This document shows positions 29,641-39,246 of a stretch of 64,000 nucleotides of DNA, piece after piece. The stretch's first letter is position 1; each line of letters starts with the position of its first letter. Below the pieces are notes generated by a model that worked only from the letters and a program-made list of their open reading frames with translations, was not told the DNA's origin and did no database searches. The stretch comes from an uncultured Gemmatimonadales bacterium (GTDB lineage: Bacteria > Gemmatimonadota > Gemmatimonadetes > Gemmatimonadales > GWC2-71-9), in contig CAVSQW010000007.1 in assembly GCA_963730185.1 (NCBI GenBank), positions 32,001 to 96,000 on the forward strand, written 5' to 3'. The position numbers and the translations under genes are program-made.

Positions 29641-30256
29641 ATGTCGCGACCGGTTCGGTGGGTGTCTCCGCTGTTCTGTCGACTCCGCCGTTGCCTGCCG
29701 TCGCTGGGGGCGCTCCTTTCGGGCCTGACCCTCGCCTGCCGGCTGTCGCCCGCCGCGCCTGGTTCGACCTCACCGCTCGACGTCATCGGCCGGCCCGCCG
29801 CCCGACGGTGTGGCGCCCGAGCTGGCAGTGGGTTGTGAATGCCACCGGCCGTCACCGTCTCCGGATGGTCGCTACCTGACCTACCACTTGCTCTCGATCC
29901 AGACGGGCGACGTGGCCGTTCGGATCTACGATCTGGTGGCACGGGGCGCGGTTGGGCCCGACGTGCCAGGTCGCTTCCCCGAGTGGTCCCCCACCAATCA
30001 GGCGATCACCTACATCGACAACGCGACTCGACGGATCGCGATCATGAGTACCACGGGAAGCAATCAGCGCTTCGTCACACCGGCGGATCGGGACTACCTG
30101 GATGGCCAGCTCGCCTGGTCGCCGGACGGTACCTGGCTCGTGGCCCGGTCCGCGACCGGCCCCGGCCTCGATCTGATCAACGTTGGTACCGGCTTGGTCC
30201 TTCCGCTCGCCGGCACGACGACGCTGAGCCGGCCCGCCTGGAGGCCGACGGGGTAG
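29641..30256 (+). pseudogene. Truncated/frameshifted TolB-like (PD40 repeat) lipoprotein remnant
   Basis: AGGAG+ATG29641 frame gives LTLAC lipobox; another frame gives PSPSPDGRYL, PEWSP, LAWSPDG, RPAWRP (about 3 propeller blades only). Confidence 0.5.
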
Positions 30257-30492
30257 GCCGCTGCCGGCGCCGCCGCTTCGGTGATGGTGGCCGGCCATCC
30301 CCCTGCCCAGCGCCATGTCCCGAGGCCGGTCCAGCTCGCGCCCGGGGCAGGCCTTCATCGGGTCTTCAGACTTCTTTCACCCCGCGAGGGGCAGCATACA
30401 TCCGACGGTTTCCCGGCGCCCTCTCCGTGGGGCGCTCCGACGGCGGATCTCCTCGGACCGCCGCCGGTCCTGGCCCTGGACCGGAGGATCGG

Positions 30493-31653
30493 ATGTACAT
30501 CCCCACCATGCATGCGTGGGCGGAGGGGGACACCCTTCGCGACCACCTCGAAGAACGCGGCATCTCCCGGCGCGAGTTCGTGGAGTTCTGCGGCAACCTC
30601 TGTGTCGTCCTCGGCCTCGGCCGGGCGGCGGCACCGGCCATGGCGCAGGCGCTGGAGGCGGCGAAACGCCCCAGCGTGGTCTGGATCCAGCTGCAGGAGT
30701 GCACCGGGTGCGTCGAGAGCGTGATCCGGACCGACGAGCCGACGATCGGCCATCTGGTGCTGGACATGATCTCGCTCGACTTCTCCCACACCCTCATGGC
30801 GGCGGCCGGCCACCAGGCGGAAGACGTCCTCGCCAAGGTGATGAAGGAGAACGCGGGCAAGTACATCCTGATCGTCACCGGCTCGGTGCCGCTCAAGGAC
30901 GACGGGGTCTACCTCACGATCGCCGGCCGAACCGCCAAGTCGGTGCTCGAAGAGGCGGCGGCGGGTGCCGCGGCGATCCTGGCGGTCGGCGCCTGCGCCC
31001 ACTGGGGCAGTGTCCAGGCGGCCCGTCCGAACCCGACCGGGGCGGTGGGGGTGTCCGAGATCATCAAGGACAAGCCGGTGGTGAACATCGCCGGGTGTCC
31101 GCCGATCGCCGACGTGGTCACGGCCACGGTGGCGCACTTCCTGACCTTCGGGCGGCTCCCGGCCGTGGATGGCGACGGCCGGCCCGAGTTCGCCTACGGT
31201 GCCCGGATTCACGACCAGTGTCCCCGGCGGGCCAACTTCGACGCCGGCCAGTACGTCGAGGCGTTCGACGACGAGAACGCCCGCAAAGGCTGGTGCCTGT
31301 ACCACGTGGGGTGCAAGGGGCCGGCGACCTTTTCGCCCTGCCCGATCTTCCAGTGGAACGGCGGGACCAACTGGCCCATCGGCGCCGGGCACCCGTGCCT
31401 CGGGTGCACCGAGCGCAACTTCTGGGACACGATGACCCCGTTCTACGATCGGCTGCCTGACGTCGGCGGGTTCGGGATCGAGCAGCGGGTGGACCTGATC
31501 GGCGCGGCCCTCGCGGTCGGCGCCACCGCCGGCGTCGCCGCGCACGCCGTGGCCACCGGGGTCCACAGCTACCGGCAGCGGAAGCATCTCCCCGTCGTCG
31601 AAACCTCGAGCGCGCCGAAGGCCGATCCGTCGTCCGGCGCCAAGAAGGAGTGA
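30493..31653 (+). CDS. hyaA: Group 1 [NiFe]-hydrogenase small subunit (Tat-exported, C-terminal anchor)
   Basis: GGAGG RBS; SRREFVEFC Tat motif; ECTGC, GACAHWG, GCPP, HDQCPRR, CLYHVGCKGP, GHPCLGC; C-terminal TM. Confidence 0.93.
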   Translation: MYIPTMHAWAEGDTLRDHLEERGISRREFVEFCGNLCVVLGLGRAAAPAMAQALEAAKRPSVVWIQLQECTGCVESVIRTDEPTIGHLVLDMISLDFSHTLMAAAGHQAEDVLAKVMKENAGKYILIVTGSVPLKDDGVYLTIAGRTAKSVLEEAAAGAAAILAVGACAHWGSVQAARPNPTGAVGVSEIIKDKPVVNIAGCPPIADVVTATVAHFLTFGRLPAVDGDGRPEFAYGARIHDQCPRRANFDAGQYVEAFDDENARKGWCLYHVGCKGPATFSPCPIFQWNGGTNWPIGAGHPCLGCTERNFWDTMTPFYDRLPDVGGFGIEQRVDLIGAALAVGATAGVAAHAVATGVHSYRQRKHLPVVETSSAPKADPSSGAKKE

Positions 31654-31656
31654 GCC

Positions 31657-33369
31657 ATGGCCCCCACCAAGATCGTGGTCGACCCCATCACCCGGATCGA
31701 GGGGCATCTCCGGATCGAGGTCCAGGCCGACGCCGGCAAGATCCAGAATTCGTGGGCGTCGTCCACCCAGTTTCGGGGCATCGAGATCATCATGCAGGGA
31801 CGGGACCCCCGTGATGCCTGGGCATTCACCCAGCGAATCTGCGGGGTCTGCACCGTGGTGCACGCGGTGGCCTCCTGCCGCGCCGTCGAGGACGCGCTCG
31901 GCATCACGATTCCGCCCAACGCCAACCTGATTCGCAACATGGTCCATGGAATGCAGTCCATCCAGGACCACGTCATTCACTTCTACCACCTCCATGCCCT
32001 GGACTGGGTGGACGTGGTCAGCGCCCTCAAAGCCGATCCGGCCGGGACCTCCCGGATCGCGCGCCAGATCTCTCCCTGGCCCAACAACTCCGAGACCTAC
32101 TTCAAGGCGGTGCAGGACCGGATCAAGAAGTTCGTCGCCAGCGGCCAGCTGGGCATCTTCGCCAACGGCTACTGGGGCCATCCGGCCTACAAGCTTCCCC
32201 CGGAGGTCAACCTCCTGGCGGTCGCCCACTACCTGGAAGCGCTGGACTGGCAACGGGACGTGATCAAGCTCCACACCATCTTCGGGGGCAAGAACCCGCA
32301 CCCGAACTTTCTGGTGGGCGGGATGGCCTCGGCGATCAACCTCGACGACACCGCGACGATCAACGCGGCGCGACTGGTCGACGTGCAGGCCCTGATCAAG
32401 AAGGCCCAGGACTTCGTGGAGCAGGTCTACTGGCCCGACCTGGTCGCGATCGCCGGGTTCTACAAGGATTGGGGCGCGATCGGTGGTGGCGTGCCCAACT
32501 ACCTGGCCTGCGGCGAATTCCCGGAGGGCGGGATCAAGGACTACGACAAGCTGTACTTCCCCCGCGGGATCATTCTCAATCAGGACCTGAGCACGGTTCA
32601 TCCCTACGACCAGGAACAGGTCAAAGAGAACATCGCCGCCAGCTGGTACGAGTATCCGGAGGGCAAGACCGATCTGCACCCGTTCGAGGGAGAGACCAAG
32701 CCGAAATACACCGGACCCAAGCCGCCGTACGAGTACCTCCAGGGGCTGGACAAGTACACCTGGATGAAAGCCCCGCGGTACGACGGCCTGCCGATGCAGG
32801 TCGGGCCACTGGCCCGAATGCTGGTGGCCTACGCCAGCAATCATCCGGACGTGCGGCCCCTGGTGGGCGAGGTGTTGGCCAAACTGAACGTGCCTCCCGC
32901 GGCCCTCTTCTCGACGCTGGGCCGGACCGCCGCCCGGGGCATGGAGACGGTGCTCATCGCCCGGCGGATGAACCTCTGGTTCGCCCAACTGGTGGAGCGG
33001 ATCAAGAGCGGCGATACCAAGACCTTCGACGGCAGCAAGTGGGACCCGGACAGCTGGCCGGCGACGGCCCAGGGGTACGGATACCTCGATGCCGCCCGGG
33101 GCGCGCTCGGGCACTGGGTCCAGATCGAGAAGGGGAAGATCAGCCGGTACCAGTGCGTGGTGCCCAGCACCTGGAACTGCTCGCCCCGTGACGCCAAGGG
33201 CCAGATGGGCCCCTACGAGGCGTCGCTGGTCGACAACCATCCGCTGGCCATCCCGGACCAGCCGCTCGAGATCCTTCGGACCATCCACTCGTTCGACCCG
33301 TGCATGGCCTGTGGCGTCCACGTCCTGGACGCGACCGGAAGCCCGGTCGTGGAGGTCAAGGTGCAATGA
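31657..33369 (+). CDS. hyaB: Group 1 [NiFe]-hydrogenase large subunit
   Basis: DPITRIEGH, L1 QRICGVC, L2 DPCMACGVH followed by a 15-aa cleavable extension. Confidence 0.96.
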   Translation: MAPTKIVVDPITRIEGHLRIEVQADAGKIQNSWASSTQFRGIEIIMQGRDPRDAWAFTQRICGVCTVVHAVASCRAVEDALGITIPPNANLIRNMVHGMQSIQDHVIHFYHLHALDWVDVVSALKADPAGTSRIARQISPWPNNSETYFKAVQDRIKKFVASGQLGIFANGYWGHPAYKLPPEVNLLAVAHYLEALDWQRDVIKLHTIFGGKNPHPNFLVGGMASAINLDDTATINAARLVDVQALIKKAQDFVEQVYWPDLVAIAGFYKDWGAIGGGVPNYLACGEFPEGGIKDYDKLYFPRGIILNQDLSTVHPYDQEQVKENIAASWYEYPEGKTDLHPFEGETKPKYTGPKPPYEYLQGLDKYTWMKAPRYDGLPMQVGPLARMLVAYASNHPDVRPLVGEVLAKLNVPPAALFSTLGRTAARGMETVLIARRMNLWFAQLVERIKSGDTKTFDGSKWDPDSWPATAQGYGYLDAARGALGHWVQIEKGKISRYQCVVPSTWNCSPRDAKGQMGPYEASLVDNHPLAIPDQPLEILRTIHSFDPCMACGVHVLDATGSPVVEVKVQ

Positions 33370-34119
33370 GCGAGCACATTCCTCCGATCTCGGTCGGCGC
33401 GTTCGACTTCGTGCGCCGAGTCCCGCCGCCCAGCGGCGAGTACGAATGGGTCTATCTCTGGGAGCGGCCGCTCCGGGTGATGCACTGGGTGGCCGCGATC
33501 TGCATCGTGCTGCTGGCGGTGACCGGGCTCTACATCGGCAAGCCCTACTTCGTGACCTCGGGCGACACCAGCAGTCACTTCATGATGGGCTGGGTCCGGT
33601 TCATCCACTTCGGCACCGCCGCGGTGCTGGTCATGACCGCGATCATCCGGTTCTACTGGCTCTTTATGGGGAACCGATTCGAACGCTGGACGCGCCTTGT
33701 TTCCCGTCCGCGCCAAGGATTGGGTCAATCTCTGGAAGACGGCTAAATCGTACGCGCTGATCCGTCCCGAGAGGGCCCCGCGGTACCTGGGCCACAACCC
33801 GCTCCAGCAGCTCAGCTACACCGCGATCTACGCCCTGGCCGCCCTCATGGTGGTGACCGGGTTCGCCCTCTACGGTCAATCCAATCCCGGTGGGCTCTTC
33901 TACGGGGCCTTCAATTGGGTCAACGTCCTGGCCGGCGGGTCCCAGGTCACCCGTTTCATCCATCACGTCGCCACCTGGGTGTTCCTGTCCTTCATCCCGA
34001 TCCACATCTACCTCGCCGTCCGGGCGGATCACCTGGATCGGACTGGCACGATCTCGTCGATCATCAGCGGCGGGCGGTTCGTGGCCGCCGACGAGGAGTA
34101 CATCGATGGACGGCCCTGA
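33366..34119 (+). CDS. hyaC: Ni/Fe-hydrogenase b-type cytochrome subunit; frameshift near 33695
   Basis: YLWERPLRVMHW, RFIHF in frame 1; GHNPLQQLSY, IHH, IHIY, SSIISGG in frame 2. Confidence 0.9.
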
Positions 34120-34618
34120 TCCCGGCGGCCGGACGGTCGTGATCGGGCTCGGGACGCCGCTCATGGGCGACGATGGATTGGGGCTCGTCGCCCTCGAGCG
34201 TCTCCGGGCCCTTGCGCCGGCCGGGGTCGAGCTGGTGGACGGCGGGACCTGGGGCATGATGCTGTTGCCGACGGTGGAATCCGCGGATCGGCTGCTGCTC
34301 CTCGATGCCATCGCCGCCGACCGAGCGCCGGGGACGTTGATCGAGCTCGAGGGCGACGCCGTACCGCGACACTTCAATCTCAAGTTCTCGACCCACGACA
34401 TCGACCTCCTCGACGTGCTGGCGTTGGCCGCGCTCCGCGGTCGGACCCCGCCCCGCCTGGTGGCCCTGGGCCTGCAGCCTCACCGGGTCGAGATGGTCAC
34501 CGCGCTGAGTCCGCTGATCGAGCGGGCCCTCGACGACGTGGTCGACCGAGCGGTGGCGATTCTGGAGGACTGGGGACACCCGGTCGCCGCGGTGGAGGCT
34601 CAGGCGTGCACGAGATGA
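34106..34618 (+). CDS. hyaD: Hydrogenase maturation protease (HyaD/HybD family)
   Basis: VIGLGTPLMGDDGLG, VDGGT, LLLLDA, STHD. Confidence 0.9.
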   Translation: MDGPDPGGRTVVIGLGTPLMGDDGLGLVALERLRALAPAGVELVDGGTWGMMLLPTVESADRLLLLDAIAADRAPGTLIELEGDAVPRHFNLKFSTHDIDLLDVLALAALRGRTPPRLVALGLQPHRVEMVTALSPLIERALDDVVDRAVAILEDWGHPVAAVEAQACTR

Positions 34619-34863
34619 GCCTCGCCCTCGAGGTCTGCCGGATCGCGGAGGCGCACCTGCCCCCCAACCCGGTGCGGGTGCTGTCGCTCGGTGTCGACGT
34701 CGGCGAGGACATGGGCATCGAGCCGGCCAACTTCGAGTTCTGCCTCGACGCGCTCCTCCGGGAACCCCCGTTTTCTGGCGCGCGGGCCGAGGTCCGGATT
34801 CTTCCCGGAGACGATCTCCGGCTGACGTACGTGGAGGTGGACGATGGCCGTCCGAACGATTGA
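34606..34863 (+). CDS. hypA: Hydrogenase nickel metallochaperone HypA, short form lacking the Zn finger
   Basis: MHEMSLA N-terminus, VG..G.EP..FEFC, GDDLRLTYVEV C-terminus; no CxxC pairs; located between protease and hypB. Confidence 0.85.
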   Translation: MHEMSLALEVCRIAEAHLPPNPVRVLSLGVDVGEDMGIEPANFEFCLDALLREPPFSGARAEVRILPGDDLRLTYVEVDDGRPND

Positions 34864-35515
34864 GATTCGCGAGCGGGTCATGGCCCGGAACGACGAGCTG
34901 GCCGCGGGGGTTCGCGAGCGGCTCGGCCAAGCGGGCATCACCGCGTTCAACCTGGTCTCGTCGCCGGGGTCGGGGAAGACCGCGTTGCTGGAGCGGACCC
35001 TCGCGGCCCTGGGCGAGGAGCTCGACATCGCGGTGGTGACGGGCGACGTCCAGACCCAGAACGACGCCGATCGCCTGGCGCGCCACACCACCCGGCTGGT
35101 CCAGGCGGTGGTGACCGGTGGCGCGTGCCATCTCGATGCCAGTCAGGTGACCGACGCCCTGGGGGCGATCGACCTGGACCGGACCCGGCTCCTCTTCGTG
35201 GAGAACGTGGGCAACCTGGTCTGTCCGGCCAGCTGGGACCTCGGTGAAGCCGCCAAGATCGTGGTCTTCTCGGTGACCGAAGGGGAAGACAAGCCGCTCA
35301 AGTATCCCAAGATGTTCCGGATGGCGCGCTATGCGGTCCTCAACAAGATCGACCTCCTGCCGCATGTGCCGTTCGACGTGGATCTGGCGGTCCGGAACGC
35401 CCGGGCCGTGAATCCCGAGCTCGAGTTCTTCTTCACCTCGGCCCTGACCGGCGAGGGACTCGACCCCTGGTACGGCTTCCTTCGCTCGGCCGTGGGGGCG
35501 ACGGCGGCCCGATGA
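34844..35515 (+). CDS. hypB: Hydrogenase nickel incorporation GTPase HypB
   Basis: SSPGSGKT, GACHLDA, ENVGNLVCP, EGEDKPLKYP, NKIDL. Confidence 0.96.
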   Translation: MAVRTIEIRERVMARNDELAAGVRERLGQAGITAFNLVSSPGSGKTALLERTLAALGEELDIAVVTGDVQTQNDADRLARHTTRLVQAVVTGGACHLDASQVTDALGAIDLDRTRLLFVENVGNLVCPASWDLGEAAKIVVFSVTEGEDKPLKYPKMFRMARYAVLNKIDLLPHVPFDVDLAVRNARAVNPELEFFFTSALTGEGLDPWYGFLRSAVGATAAR

Positions 35516-37827
35516 TCCGGCAGCTCCCGGTGGAGCGCGCCGCCCGCCACGTGCGGGTGACCGGCCTGGTCCAGGGGGTCGGCTTCCGCCCCTTCGTGCA
35601 CCGGCTGGCCTTGCGCCACCACCTCGGGGGCTGGGTCCGGAACGCCTCGGGCGACGTTCAGATCGAGATCGAGGGGGGCGGTCCGGAGCTGGACGGCTTC
35701 CTGAGCGCCCTGGAGCGGGAAGCTCCGCCGCTGGCCCGGATCGAGGCGGTGGAGGTGGCCGCGATCGAAGCCCGGGGCCAGGAGCGGTTCCGGATCGTCA
35801 CCAGCGCGGAGTCCGTCGACGGGCGGCAGCCGGTGTCGCCCGACGTGGCCCTGTGCCCGGCCTGCGAGGACGAGCTGTTCGACCCATCCAACCGCCGCCA
35901 TCGCTATCCCTTCATCACCTGCACCGACTGCGGTCCGCGATTCACCATCATCGACACCATGCCGTACGACCGGGAGCGGACCAGCATGGCGGCCTTCCGG
36001 CAGTGCCCGGCCTGCGCCCGCGAGTACCGGACCCCGGGCGACCGCCGCCACCACTCGGAGACCAACAGCTGTCCGTCCTGTGGTCCCAAGCTCTGGTACT
36101 GGAGTCTGGACCGGTGCTGGCTGAACGGGACGGAAGGGGCGCTCGCTGCCGGGGCCGCGCTCCTCCGGGAGGGCGGGATCCTCGCGGTCCGGGGCCTGGG
36201 GGGCTTCCACCTCGCGGTCGACGCCACCGACGAGGCGGCGGTGGGCCGGCTCCGGGCCCGCAAGCGGCGGGACGCCAAGCCCCTGGCGCTGATGGTCCGG
36301 ACCCTGGCCGAGGCCCGGACGCTGGCCCGGGTGAGCCAGGTCGAGGCCGCGATCCTGACCGGTCCGGAGCGGCCGATCGTGCTCCTGGAGGTCCACCCCG
36401 AGGGCCCGCTCGCGGCGAACCTGGCGCCCGGGCTCGACCGGGTGGGGGTGATGCTCGCCTATACCCCACTCCACCACCTGCTCCTGGTCGAAGCGGGCCG
36501 CCCGCTGGTGATGACCAGCGGCAACCTGTCCGACGAGCCGATCGCGACCGGCAACGAGGAGGCCCTCCGCCGGCTGAGCGGCCTGGCGGACGGCTTTCTG
36601 CTCCACGACCGCGAGATCCTGGTCCGGTACGACGATTCCGTGGTCAGGGTCGCGGACGATCATCCGGTCTTTCTCCGCCGAGCCCGCGGCTACGCGCCCA
36701 TGCCGCTTGCGCTGCCGGTGCCGACACCGGTGCCGCTGCTGGCGGTCGGTCCCCATCTCAAGAACACCTTCACCCTCGCGGCCGGACGCGAGGCCTACGT
36801 GAGCCAGCACGTCGGCGACCTGGAGACGCTGGAGACGCTGGAGCACTTCCAGAGTGCCCTCGCCGCCTTCCGCCGCCTGTTCCGGATCGAACCGGAGGTG
36901 GTGGTGCGCGACCTCCATCCCGGCTACCTGTCGACCCGGGTCGCGATGGAGCTCGGCCTGGCCCGGATCATCGCGGTCCAGCACCACCACGCCCACGTGG
37001 CCGCGGTGCTGGCCGAGCACGGCGAGACCGGGCCTGCGCTCGGCTTGGCGTTCGACGGCACCGGCTACGGCGATGACGGGCAGGTGTGGGGCGGTGAGGT
37101 GCTCGAGGCGAGCCTGGACGGGTATCGTCGCTTGGCCCACCTTCGCGCGGCGCCCCTCCCCGGCGGCGACCTGGCCGCCCGGACGCCCTGGCGGTCGGCT
37201 CTCGGCTATGCCAGTCTGGCCCCGGGGCTGGAGCCGGCGCTGGGGCTCGCGTTCGACGGAGTGAACCCGCAGGAACTGGCCATCGCCCGGACCCAGATCG
37301 CCCGCCGGGTCAACGCGCCGCTGGCCTCGTCGATCGGTCGGCTGTTCGACGCCGCGGCGGCGGTGCTCGGGGTCCGCCGGGTCGGCTCCTTCGAGGGCCA
37401 GGCGCCGATGGAGCTCGAAGCCCTGGCGGGCCGGCGCCCGGCGGCCGAGTACGCCTGTTCGCTGTCGGAAGTGGACGGCGTCTGGATCGCCGACCCGGTC
37501 CCGATTCTGGCCCAGCTCGGCTGGCGGATCCAGCGGGGGGGGGATCGCGCCGACCTGGCGGCCGATTTCCATGCCAGCGTTGCCTGGATGGCGGTCGAGC
37601 TGATCCGGCGGATCGCGGAGCGGGTCCCCCACCGCACGGTGGTGCTGAGCGGCGGGGTCTTCCAGAACGCCCGGCTCCTCTGGTCGGTGCGAAAGCGGCT
37701 CACCGACCGCGGCTTCCGGGTGCTGGTCCCGACCCGGCTCTCGCCGGGCGACGGCGCCATCAGCTACGGCCAGGCGGCGGTCGCCGCCCGGCTGCTCGCC
37801 CGCGAAGCCGCCGGGCCAGCGGGTTAG
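35512..37827 (+). CDS. hypF: Carbamoyltransferase HypF
   Basis: GLVQGVGFRPF, two Zn fingers (CPAC/CTDC, CPAC/CPSC), GLGGFHL, RRARGYAP, HHHAH, DGTGYG, GDGAISYGQ. Confidence 0.96.
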   Translation: MIRQLPVERAARHVRVTGLVQGVGFRPFVHRLALRHHLGGWVRNASGDVQIEIEGGGPELDGFLSALEREAPPLARIEAVEVAAIEARGQERFRIVTSAESVDGRQPVSPDVALCPACEDELFDPSNRRHRYPFITCTDCGPRFTIIDTMPYDRERTSMAAFRQCPACAREYRTPGDRRHHSETNSCPSCGPKLWYWSLDRCWLNGTEGALAAGAALLREGGILAVRGLGGFHLAVDATDEAAVGRLRARKRRDAKPLALMVRTLAEARTLARVSQVEAAILTGPERPIVLLEVHPEGPLAANLAPGLDRVGVMLAYTPLHHLLLVEAGRPLVMTSGNLSDEPIATGNEEALRRLSGLADGFLLHDREILVRYDDSVVRVADDHPVFLRRARGYAPMPLALPVPTPVPLLAVGPHLKNTFTLAAGREAYVSQHVGDLETLETLEHFQSALAAFRRLFRIEPEVVVRDLHPGYLSTRVAMELGLARIIAVQHHHAHVAAVLAEHGETGPALGLAFDGTGYGDDGQVWGGEVLEASLDGYRRLAHLRAAPLPGGDLAARTPWRSALGYASLAPGLEPALGLAFDGVNPQELAIARTQIARRVNAPLASSIGRLFDAAAAVLGVRRVGSFEGQAPMELEALAGRRPAAEYACSLSEVDGVWIADPVPILAQLGWRIQRGGDRADLAADFHASVAWMAVELIRRIAERVPHRTVVLSGGVFQNARLLWSVRKRLTDRGFRVLVPTRLSPGDGAISYGQAAVAARLLAREAAGPAG

Positions 37828-37844
37828 ATCAAGGAGGTCGTCGG

Positions 37845-38141
37845 ATGTGTCTCGGCATTCCCGGACGGATCACGGAGATCAAGGACGACGAGGGGCTCGC
37901 GATGGGCACCGTCGACTTCGGCGGCGTGCGCCGTGACGTCTGTCTCGCCTACCTGGCCGATCAGGTCGCCCCCGGCGACTACGTGATCGTCCACGTCGGG
38001 TTCGCGATCTCCCGGGTCGACGAGGATGAGGCCCGCCGGACCTTCGAGGCGTTGAAGGAGATGAGCCAGCTGGACGAGCTCGACTGGATGCGGGAGGTGG
38101 CCGAGCAGGGCCTGGCCGGGACCGAAGGAGGCGCCGGGTGA
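37845..38141 (+). CDS. hypC: Hydrogenase assembly chaperone HypC
   Basis: [28 protein letters not shown]. Confidence 0.96.
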   Translation: MCLGIPGRITEIKDDEGLAMGTVDFGGVRRDVCLAYLADQVAPGDYVIVHVGFAISRVDEDEARRTFEALKEMSQLDELDWMREVAEQGLAGTEGGAG

Positions 38142-39241
38142 AGTACCTGAGCGAGTATCGCGACGCCGAGGTCGCCCGGGGGCTGCTCAAGCAGATCGCC
38201 GCGACCGCCACCCGGCGCTGGACCCTGATGGAGGTCTGCGGGGGCCAGACCCACACCATCGTCAAGCAGGGGCTCGACCAGCTCCTCGCCGATTCGATCG
38301 AGATGATTCACGGCCCCGGCTGCCCGGTCTGCGTCACCCCGCTCGAACAGATCGACAAGGCGCTCCGCCTGGCGTCCCGGCCCGACGTGATCTTCACCTC
38401 CTTCGGCGACATGCTCCGGGTGCCGGGGAGCGAGTGCGACCTGCTGACCGTCCGGGCCCGGGGCGGGAACGTGCGGATCGTCTACTCGCCGCTCGACGCG
38501 CTCGAGCTGGCCCGCAAGAACCCCGACCGGCAGGTGGTCTTCTTCGCGGTGGGTTTCGAGACCACGGCCCCCGCCAACGCGATGGCGGTCTGGCGCGCCA
38601 AGGAGCTCGGCGTGGGGAACTTCAGCGTCCTGGTGTCGCACGTCACGGTGCCGCCGGCGATGACCGCGATCCTCGACGATCCCTCGAACCGGGTCCAGGG
38701 CTTTCTCGCCGCCGGTCACGTCTGCACCGTGATGGGATGGACCGAGTACGAGCCGATCGCCGCCAAGTACCAGGTGCCGATCGTGGTCACCGGGTTCGAG
38801 CCGGTGGACCTCCTCGAGGGCATGCTGATGGCGGTGCGCCAGCTCGAGGACGGGCGGGCCGAGGTGGAAAACCAGTACGTCCGGGCGGTGCGCCGGATCG
38901 GCACGCCGCCGGCCCGGGAGCTGGTGAGCCGGGTGTTCCAGCTGGTCGATCGCCAGTGGCGCGGCATCGGCGCGATTCCGGCCAGCGGGCTCGGGCTCCG
39001 GGAGGAGTTCCGCGACTTCGACGCCGAAGCCCGCTTCGGGCTCGGGTCGCTGCACGTGGACGAGCCGGCCGAGTGCCGGGCCGGCGAGGTGCTCCGGGGC
39101 CGGCTCAAGCCGTACCAGTGTCCGGCCTTCGGTACCCGGTGCACGCCCGAGCGCCCGCTGGGCGCACCGATGGTGTCGTCGGAGGGGGCCTGCGCCGCGT
39201 ACTACCAATACGGCCGGGTCCGCCGGCCGGAGCCGGTTTAG
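38138..39241 (+). CDS. hypD: Hydrogenase formation protein HypD
   Basis: [49 protein letters not shown]. Confidence 0.96.
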   Translation: MKYLSEYRDAEVARGLLKQIAATATRRWTLMEVCGGQTHTIVKQGLDQLLADSIEMIHGPGCPVCVTPLEQIDKALRLASRPDVIFTSFGDMLRVPGSECDLLTVRARGGNVRIVYSPLDALELARKNPDRQVVFFAVGFETTAPANAMAVWRAKELGVGNFSVLVSHVTVPPAMTAILDDPSNRVQGFLAAGHVCTVMGWTEYEPIAAKYQVPIVVTGFEPVDLLEGMLMAVRQLEDGRAEVENQYVRAVRRIGTPPARELVSRVFQLVDRQWRGIGAIPASGLGLREEFRDFDAEARFGLGSLHVDEPAECRAGEVLRGRLKPYQCPAFGTRCTPERPLGAPMVSSEGACAAYYQYGRVRRPEPV

Positions 39242-39246
39242 GCCTC

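Noticed and set aside
33295..33321. Possible selenocysteine ([NiFeSe]) hydrogenase
   Set aside because: L2 motif codons are TGC/TGT (DPCMAC); no in-frame TGA
30355..33366. 1003-aa antisense ORF and other long shadow ORFs across the window
   Set aside because: Antisense or off-frame shadows of real high-GC genes; low-complexity R/G/P/A or V/L/D/E composition with no motifs
36820..36843. 9-bp tandem repeat CTGGAGACG in hypF
   Set aside because: In-frame LETLETLE at a position where HypF usually has a similar DL.LET motif; no sign of phase variation
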